DNA of 64,000 bases from Zygnema circumcarinatum SAG 698-1b (Eukaryota > Plantae > Zygnematophyceae). The stretch lies in contig CM074823.1 in NCBI GenBank assembly GCA_037447605.1, positions 372,001 through 436,000 of the forward strand, read 5' to 3'. Of this stretch, positions 57,761 to 64,000 are shown piece by piece. Every line of letters begins with the position of its first letter. The stretch's first letter is position 1. A model generated the notes under the pieces. The model was not told the origin of the DNA and ran no database searches. It saw nothing but the letters and a program-made list of their open reading frames with translations. Both the position numbers and the translations under genes were made by a program.

Positions 57761-59290
57761 ATGCGGCGGCCAAAACAAATGGCGTCACGCCATTCACCTC
57801 CTCCCTCTCCCGATTCGGAGGAGGACGTAGACATGGGCGCGAACCAGGGGCGCGACTTCGGCGACCCCATAGACACGGGTCCCGGGCCCTCGGTCCCACC
57901 TCCGGCTGCCCCTTCGTCTTCACGGGGGCCGGAACTTCGCGACCAGCCGCTGCCGGAGGAGCAGCGCCAGTCGCAGCCGCATGGGGCGGCAGCGCCTCCA
58001 CCAGAGGCGCCCCGACAGAGGTCGGAAGGGGCTGCCCCCCTCGGCGGGCAGAGCACCCGGACACCCCCGGTGAGTATGGGGGTGCCCATCCCCGTGGATG
58101 GGGATGAAGTCCTCCGACGAGCGGAGGCCAGCGCGGATAAACGCTTTTCCGCGCTGGAGGAGGCGCTGGCTCGNNNNNNNNNNGCTCCTAGGGGGGGAAA
58201 TAGAGGAGCTGCAGCGCCCGTAGGGGTACAGGGACCTTCTGCTCGTCCGGCTGCCTCTGGCAGCGGGCGTGGGTCCACGGGGCGCTCCCAGCCCCGAGGG
58301 GCTGGGGCTCCGCCCGGCGCCGCTGCTTCCCCTGCGGCGGGAGCAGCACTGGCCGTTCCTTTTGAAGGAGGGGGCGGACCGCCAGGCAGCAATCCACCTT
58401 CGGCTGGCGCTGCTGGCGGACGGGGCGACCACATTGGTGGATCTACCCCGGCTGTGCGGGATCCTCCCCCGAGAAATCGGGCGAAGGTTCCTCCGATCTC
58501 CTTGTGGGGGGATCGGCCGAATTCCGATTGCCCAATTGATCATTGGATGGGGCAATTGCGTGGGTACCTGTGTGCTACCCAATGCCCTCCCGATCAATGG
58601 GTGAACTTTGCTTCACCTGCTTTGAGGGGCGTGGCATGGAGTGTCTATGCCGGCCGCAAGACACTAATCGGAACAGACTTTGAGAAGTTCGAGTCAGAAC
58701 TTCTCAAACACTTTGGTATCCTGGATCCCAGTGCTGCTGCACGGGACAGGTTCCAGTCGCTCGTGCAGACTGGAAGCGTGGCGGAATTCCTACGGGAGTT
58801 GCGTGCGGCTTGGGCTTCAATCACCAAGTTCCCACCTGGACCTCAAGAATTCTTCTTCAGGTCCAGTCATGGCTTGAAGCCGTACGTTCGGAAGCAGCTT
58901 CGGCTGAATCCTCGTACATTGGAACCTTGGGGGCCTATGGATGATGAGCTGATGTTTGCAGCTGCAGTTCAAACTGACGCTGTGCCTACAAATGGTGCAG
59001 GGCCTTCCCGTCCCCCGCGTGCGGACATTGTGGACCAACCGCGGAAACCTGGTGCGCCAGGCGGTCGTCCAAAGGGGAACGGCAAGAGGAAGGCACCTTC
59101 CTCTAACCATCAGCAATTCCAACGGCCGCCAACGCCGAAACTTGCTCCACTGGAGATGGAGGCTTTGAGGGCGGAAAACAAGTGTTTCCGTTGCAGGAAG
59201 GTGGGGCATAGGTCTTACGACTGCCCATCTTTCAAGAAGGATAGAAAGGGCAAGAGGCCGGCGGAAAACGGCTCCCCACCAGCAGCTTAG
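57761..59290 (+). CDS. gag: Gypsy Gag with Pro/Ala/Gly-rich N-terminus and CCHC knuckle (spans an N gap)
   Basis: LVQTGSVAEFLREL, KCFRCRKVGHRSYDCP. Confidence 0.85.
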   Translation: MRRPKQMASRHSPPPSPDSEEDVDMGANQGRDFGDPIDTGPGPSVPPPAAPSSSRGPELRDQPLPEEQRQSQPHGAAAPPPEAPRQRSEGAAPLGGQSTRTPPVSMGVPIPVDGDEVLRRAEASADKRFSALEEALAXXXXAPRGGNRGAAAPVGVQGPSARPAASGSGRGSTGRSQPRGAGAPPGAAASPAAGAALAVPFEGGGGPPGSNPPSAGAAGGRGDHIGGSTPAVRDPPPRNRAKVPPISLWGDRPNSDCPIDHWMGQLRGYLCATQCPPDQWVNFASPALRGVAWSVYAGRKTLIGTDFEKFESELLKHFGILDPSAAARDRFQSLVQTGSVAEFLRELRAAWASITKFPPGPQEFFFRSSHGLKPYVRKQLRLNPRTLEPWGPMDDELMFAAAVQTDAVPTNGAGPSRPPRADIVDQPRKPGAPGGRPKGNGKRKAPSSNHQQFQRPPTPKLAPLEMEALRAENKCFRCRKVGHRSYDCPSFKKDRKGKRPAENGSPPAA

Positions 59291-59306
59291 GAGTCTCTGC
59301 TGGTGG
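59263..59306 (+). promoter_or_regulatory. Candidate -1 ribosomal frameshift signal of G2
   Basis: G_GAA_AAC, spacer GGCTCC, CCACCAGCAG/CTGCTGGTGG 10-bp stem. The -1 frame reads straight into the pol ORF (..GGSVLANFVS..). Confidence 0.7.
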
Positions 59307-59328
59307 GCTTGACAGTAGAGGGGGCAGC

Positions 59329-60969
59329 GTGTTAGCTAACTTTGTTAGCGCAGCCTTTTTCAGGACTGCAGGGTTTGCAATCCAGCCTCATTCCGATAGT
59401 GTAACTTTTGGGGATGGACGCACCGACCAGATTTCTGGCAGCGTCAGCGTGAAATTGAAGATTCAGTCTTACTCCGAGGTCGTCAATTGCTTGTTGACGA
59501 TGTTGGCCCCAGGAACAGACTTTATCTTGGGGAGCAAATGGCTGACGCATATGGGTGCTCAGTTGGATTTTGTAGTCCCTAATTGCGTCCTCCGCAGTGG
59601 GAGCAGACGCATAACGCTGCAACCAGGCAGTCCTTCCGGACCGCCCTCTTCGCAGCCGTCTTTGTCGTTTTTGTGCTCAGCCATGCAAGTAGGCAAGGCA
59701 CTAAAAACGGATAGCATCTTATTTATGGTGCAAGTCATGACGGCAACTGAAGATGCTCATGACGAGGATCAAGAGTGGCAACCCACTGCGGGTGAGGCAA
59801 TGCCAACTGTTCCCGCTTTGTTTCAACCGTTGTTGAAGGCGTTTGAGGATGTGTTCCCAGACGATCTGCCAAGAGGTCTGCCTCCGACACGCGGGGTGGG
59901 TCATACCATTCCCCTTGAGCCAGAACAGAAACCTCCTTGGAGGCCTATCTATAGGCTTAGCCCAAAGGAGACTAAAGAGATGCGCAAGCAACTCGCTAAT
60001 CTGCGTGATAAGGGCTGGATTGAACCCAGCCAGAGTCCCTTTGGGGCCCCCATCCTCTTCGTTGGCAAGAAGGATGGATCTTTGAGAATGTGCATCGATT
60101 ATCGGGCACTCAATAAGATAACGGTAAAGAACAGGTTTGCTTTACCGCGCATCGACGATCTGCTAGATCGTCTGCAGGGGGCGAAGGTGTTCACATCGCT
60201 CGACCTTGCCCAGGGGTACCATCAGATCCGAGTCACGGATGCTGATGTGCCTAAGACGGCATTTCGGACGCCGATCAGTCACTTCCAATACAAGGTGCTA
60301 CCTTTTGGACTGACCAACGCTCCGGCTACTTTCCAAGCCGTGATGAACGAGATGTTCATCGGCATGGATGAGTTCGTCCTGGTCTACCTGGATGATATCC
60401 TGGTATTCAGCAAGACAAACACAGAGCACCTTGTGCATGTGCGCAAAGTGTTCGAGGTGTTGCGAAAACACACGTTTTATGCCAAGAGAAAGAAGTGTAA
60501 CTTCATGCAACGTGAGCTGTTGTATCTTGGGCATATCTTGAATGATCAGGGATTGAAACCTGATCCAGCCAAGGTGTCTGCTATAAAGACATGGGCTGTA
60601 CCGACTGATCTTCATCAGTTGCGGTCTTTTCTTGGATTTGCAAATTATTTTCGTAAATTTATCCAAGGCTTTAGTAAGTTGGTAACTCCGCTTACCAACT
60701 TGACACGTTCCGGTGTCGCCTATGCATGGACACTAGAGTGCCAGACGGCCTTTGATGGTGTTAGACATGCGCTTGTGACAGCACCTACGTTGAGGTTGGC
60801 TGATCCCACGTTACCATATGAGGTGGTATGTGACGCCTCTGGGTTTGCTTTGGGTGCGGTCTTGTTCCAAGACGACCGACCACTTGCTTACGAAAGTCGC
60901 AAGATGACCTTGCTGAGCGAAACTACTCCGCCACAGAGCAAGAGCTCTTGGCTGTGGTTCACGCCCTGA
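59329..60969 (+). CDS. pol: Gypsy Pol (protease lacking the DSG segment, RT, RNase H start)
   Basis: ANFVS..DFILGSKWL, LRMCIDYRALN, YLDD, CDASG. Confidence 0.9.
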   Translation: MLANFVSAAFFRTAGFAIQPHSDSVTFGDGRTDQISGSVSVKLKIQSYSEVVNCLLTMLAPGTDFILGSKWLTHMGAQLDFVVPNCVLRSGSRRITLQPGSPSGPPSSQPSLSFLCSAMQVGKALKTDSILFMVQVMTATEDAHDEDQEWQPTAGEAMPTVPALFQPLLKAFEDVFPDDLPRGLPPTRGVGHTIPLEPEQKPPWRPIYRLSPKETKEMRKQLANLRDKGWIEPSQSPFGAPILFVGKKDGSLRMCIDYRALNKITVKNRFALPRIDDLLDRLQGAKVFTSLDLAQGYHQIRVTDADVPKTAFRTPISHFQYKVLPFGLTNAPATFQAVMNEMFIGMDEFVLVYLDDILVFSKTNTEHLVHVRKVFEVLRKHTFYAKRKKCNFMQRELLYLGHILNDQGLKPDPAKVSAIKTWAVPTDLHQLRSFLGFANYFRKFIQGFSKLVTPLTNLTRSGVAYAWTLECQTAFDGVRHALVTAPTLRLADPTLPYEVVCDASGFALGAVLFQDDRPLAYESRKMTLLSETTPPQSKSSWLWFTP

Positions 60970-61564
60970 GGACATGGCGTTGCTATTTGGAGGGGGCGGT
61001 GGCAGTCACGCTGGTCACGGATCACCGGCCACTGACGTTCCTCTCCACGCAGCAAACTCTTTCGAGGCGGCAGGCACGCTNNNNNNNNNNCTGAGCAGGC
61101 AACCCATTCATCTAGCCTGGATGATGCGCTCGTCGACTCGAGTGTTGGTGGTACGAGATGGTGGAGACGAAGGGCCGGCCAACCCAGCGTTTACATCTCC
61201 AGTATGTTTTGTCATAAACCCCTCCACCAGTGACGCAGTCAACCCTCCTGCTCTCTCTGATTTCAGACAGATGATTCAGGAGGGGTACACTGGTGATCCT
61301 TTGTTCCTGGACGGCCAAGGCAATGGCTATAAGAACAAGCTCGTGCTTCGGGACGGTTTTTGGTACCACGATAAGCAGTTAGTCGTACCCAAGGCTGGAT
61401 CTGTACGGCAGCTCATACTGAGTGAGATGCACGATCCTCCGTACAGAGGCCATATGGGGGTTGCCAAAACCCGTGAAGCACTGCTCCGAGAATTCTGGTG
61501 GCCCGGAATTACAGCAGACGTGGAAGCGTATGTACTCGCATGCCCAACTTGTCAACGGGATAAG

Positions 61565-64000
61565 TGTAACAAGCCTTGAGCACAACACCCAAAGCCTGCT
61601 AGAGACTGAGTCACTTAAACGTAATGCTGGTTTCTGGAACGATTGCAAGTGCCCCCTTCCAAGGACCCCCTCTTGCATTCATCCCACGCCCCTTATACGC
61701 TCCCCCCGTCGAACCCTTTACCAGCGTAAGGGACCGGGAGCAGGGNNNNNNNNNNGGCTAGGCATACCGGAAAGGGAAAATCAGGGTTGGCCGGCCCTTC
61801 ATCTCGACCGCTTCGTTCCTCCATCACCCGAGTCGACGAATGCACCATCCAGGCTAGATGTCGCGACTGCCTGCTCAATGGATCCGCCACATTCAACCTC
61901 CCTGGTCGATAGACCCACTGACAGTCAAATCGTTGAAGGAACTCGGACCAGCGTGCCTGCCGCCTAGTCAATGTCTGTTGAGAGGAGAGAAATGTTAACG
62001 CCACTATCCGCTGGACAAGTGCAACCGCCTTCGTCCTCAAACAACACCTCACTCCTCAAGGCGTGGATTACGCAAGGAGCTCTGTCAGTTGCAGATAACG
62101 CGCTCGTTGTTCATCCTACGACTTTCGCACGAAAGAGAACCGCCCCCACCCTGAGAATAGGACGGCTCCTAGCGAAGCCCGGACGCATTATAAACCACCT
62201 CATATGGTTTGGCAGGCCACGCAATGTAGGTGCGGTGACTAAGGCAGTTCAACACCCTCAAAGGCCCTCCGGCATTCGTGCGTCTAATGTAAGTGAGGAC
62301 TGTGAGCGTGTCAGTCCGTCAAGGAGTAACAAGTTTGTTAACCTTGAAATAATTACTAAAATAGTCTGAAGTTGAGGAAGACCGCAACTGATGTAAATCA
62401 GCCGGTGTTTCCATGTCCGAACTGGAATCACCTAGGCGGTCCCGCTTCGAATGCCCTGACCATTCAGGCATGTCTGCAGGTAAAGAAATTCACGTGGCAA
62501 CCCTAAGTGACACTCCTCCACTCATAAAAATGATGCTTCCTCAGCGCTTCAAATACCTCTCCATGTAGTTTGTAAGATGGTCCTCAACCGTCTCACTACG
62601 AGGATATCATCGAGGCACTAAACAAAGTCATCCATGCCAATGAATATCCCCGTTCATGACGGCCTAAAGTTGCCGGAGCATTAGTCAATCCAAAAGGTAA
62701 AACTTTATACTTGAAGTGACTAAGAGTGCAGTGAACGCCGTCTTAGGGTATATCATATTGCTCACACGAATCTGATGACAACTGTGGCAGATCGAGTGAC
62801 TGTGAATATCGCAGACCTTGGAACCCGTTCAGGAAGTCATGAAACACGTGGGTTGCAGACTGGGTCCCCAGAGTCACCTGTTGTCAGAGTCATGGCACAT
62901 TTGCAAAGAACCATCTTTCTTCCCCACAAAGAGGATTGGAGCACCGAAAGGACTCTGGCTGGGTTCAATCCAACCTTTGTCTCTCAAGTTTGAGAGTTGC
63001 TTACGCATCTCTTCGGTCTCCTTGGGACTTAACCGATAAATCGGCCGCCACGGCGGCTTATGCCCAGGTTCCAAGGGAATAGTATGCCCGACACCTCGTG
63101 ACGGAGGCAATCCCCGAGGTAAGTCATCAGGAAAAATATCCCTGAATTCATCCAACAACGGTTGGATCCGAGATGGAACAGGTGACAACACATCCGTAGG
63201 TGTGACATGCCACTCTTGTTCCTCGTCATGAACATCTTCCGTGGTATCCATGACTTGTACCAAAAACAAGGTACATCGCCTTAACAACTTTAGCTGACCT
63301 ATGGCTGAACACTTGAAAAGGTGTACCAAGACCTGCTCAGGAGACATCTGGATCGAATGCTTGGGCCGGAGAGTTGTTTGTCGGATGCCACACCCAAACA
63401 CAAGTAGGTATGGAAAAATCCATCTGAGCCTTGACCATAGATAACCACTGACTTCCCAGAATAATATCTAGGCCAGGCGCCAGATTAGTGACCAAACACC
63501 GAATCTGCCCTGAGTAAGTCTGAATCTTCAGACGTGTGGTTATGGTTCCAAGGATTTGACCCTGTCTACCATCACCAAAAGTCACGACTTCGGTGAGAGG
63601 GGAGACAGACAAGTCAACAAGCTTAACAAGTACAGCACTAATGAAATTAGAATCAGCACCTGAATCAAGTAAAACTACTACAGATCTGCAGCCAATGAAA
63701 CCGTGAAAGGTCATTGCACGGTGTGCAAGGTTGAAGAGTGACCGCACACATACTGATGATGGAGAACATGAAGTCTCCTTTGTAGATTAAAATAATCCTG
63801 CTGATCAACCAGCAAACTGTGGGTATCCACCCCAATGTAGCATGGGATGTCCTTTTCGCCAGGTTTGATGAATTTCCAAGTCATATGGCCTAAAAGTCCC
63901 AATAGAAGCATGCAAGGTATCAATACACGCAAACTTGAGTATGATGAGTGATGCGCTGTCCAAAAGCAATAATGTACAATCATAAGAGACACATTATTGA
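61565..64000 (-). mobile_element. Third gypsy element (G3) nested antisense in the G2 integrase: LTR end at 61565, then degenerate RNase H, RT and protease
   Basis: The minus-strand end ..GGCTTGTTACA resembles the G2 LTR end GGGTTGTTACA. VVLLDSGADSNFIS (63337-63747) and PSQSPFGAPILFVGKKDG (62874-63401). Confidence 0.8.

Larger units (their letters stand above)
56364..61564 (+). mobile_element. Gypsy G2, 5' half (5' LTR 56364-57019, PBS 57021, leader, gag, pol up to the integrase zinc finger)
   Basis: TGAGA|TGTAGCG LTR; TGGTATCAGAGCC; gag 57761-59290; pol 59329-60969; HDPPYRGHMG..CPTCQR, then interrupted. Confidence 0.93.

Noticed and set aside
59310-59325. GLDSRG as the G2 protease active site
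   Set aside because: It lacks the hydrophobic-D-S-G context seen in G3 (VVLLDSGA) and aligns instead with the G1 post-frameshift peptide (GGHARLGG).

Overview
Eukaryotic draft-assembly window with 13 ten-N gaps. It is probably from the green plant lineage, perhaps a GC-rich streptophyte alga; this is inferred from the tRNA-Met PBS TGGTATCAGAGC, chromovirus-type Ty3 elements and GT-AG introns. Roughly 80% is nested LTR retrotransposon: four Ty1/copia families (labelled here A1/A2, B, D, E) and three Ty3/gypsy elements (G1-G3; G1 and G2 carry chromodomains). I could close several nests by reading their 5-bp TSDs: G1 > E (GAAAC) > A1 (CGGAG), and D (GCCAC) > G2 (TGAGA). The two halves of D and G2 lie on opposite strands 20-35 kb apart, which means an inversion or a scaffolding mis-join. 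The non-TE islands hold three copies of a spliced gene for a small, secreted, 9-Cys protein with one fungal-style LysM-like motif. Two copies are intact (124 and 122 aa) and one is damaged. A 4.4-kb TA-flanked TIR/foldback element carries three 70-nt tRNA-shaped units with a 6-nt anticodon loop. G1 and G2 share a candidate -1 ribosomal frameshift cassette (G_GAA_AAC, 6-nt spacer, 9-10-bp hairpin). Several stretches (about 24-34 kb, 46-51 kb and 62-64 kb) look like error-rich, unpolished sequence. No CRISPR, rRNA or prokaryotic features are present. All alignments and folds were done by eye and need computational confirmation.
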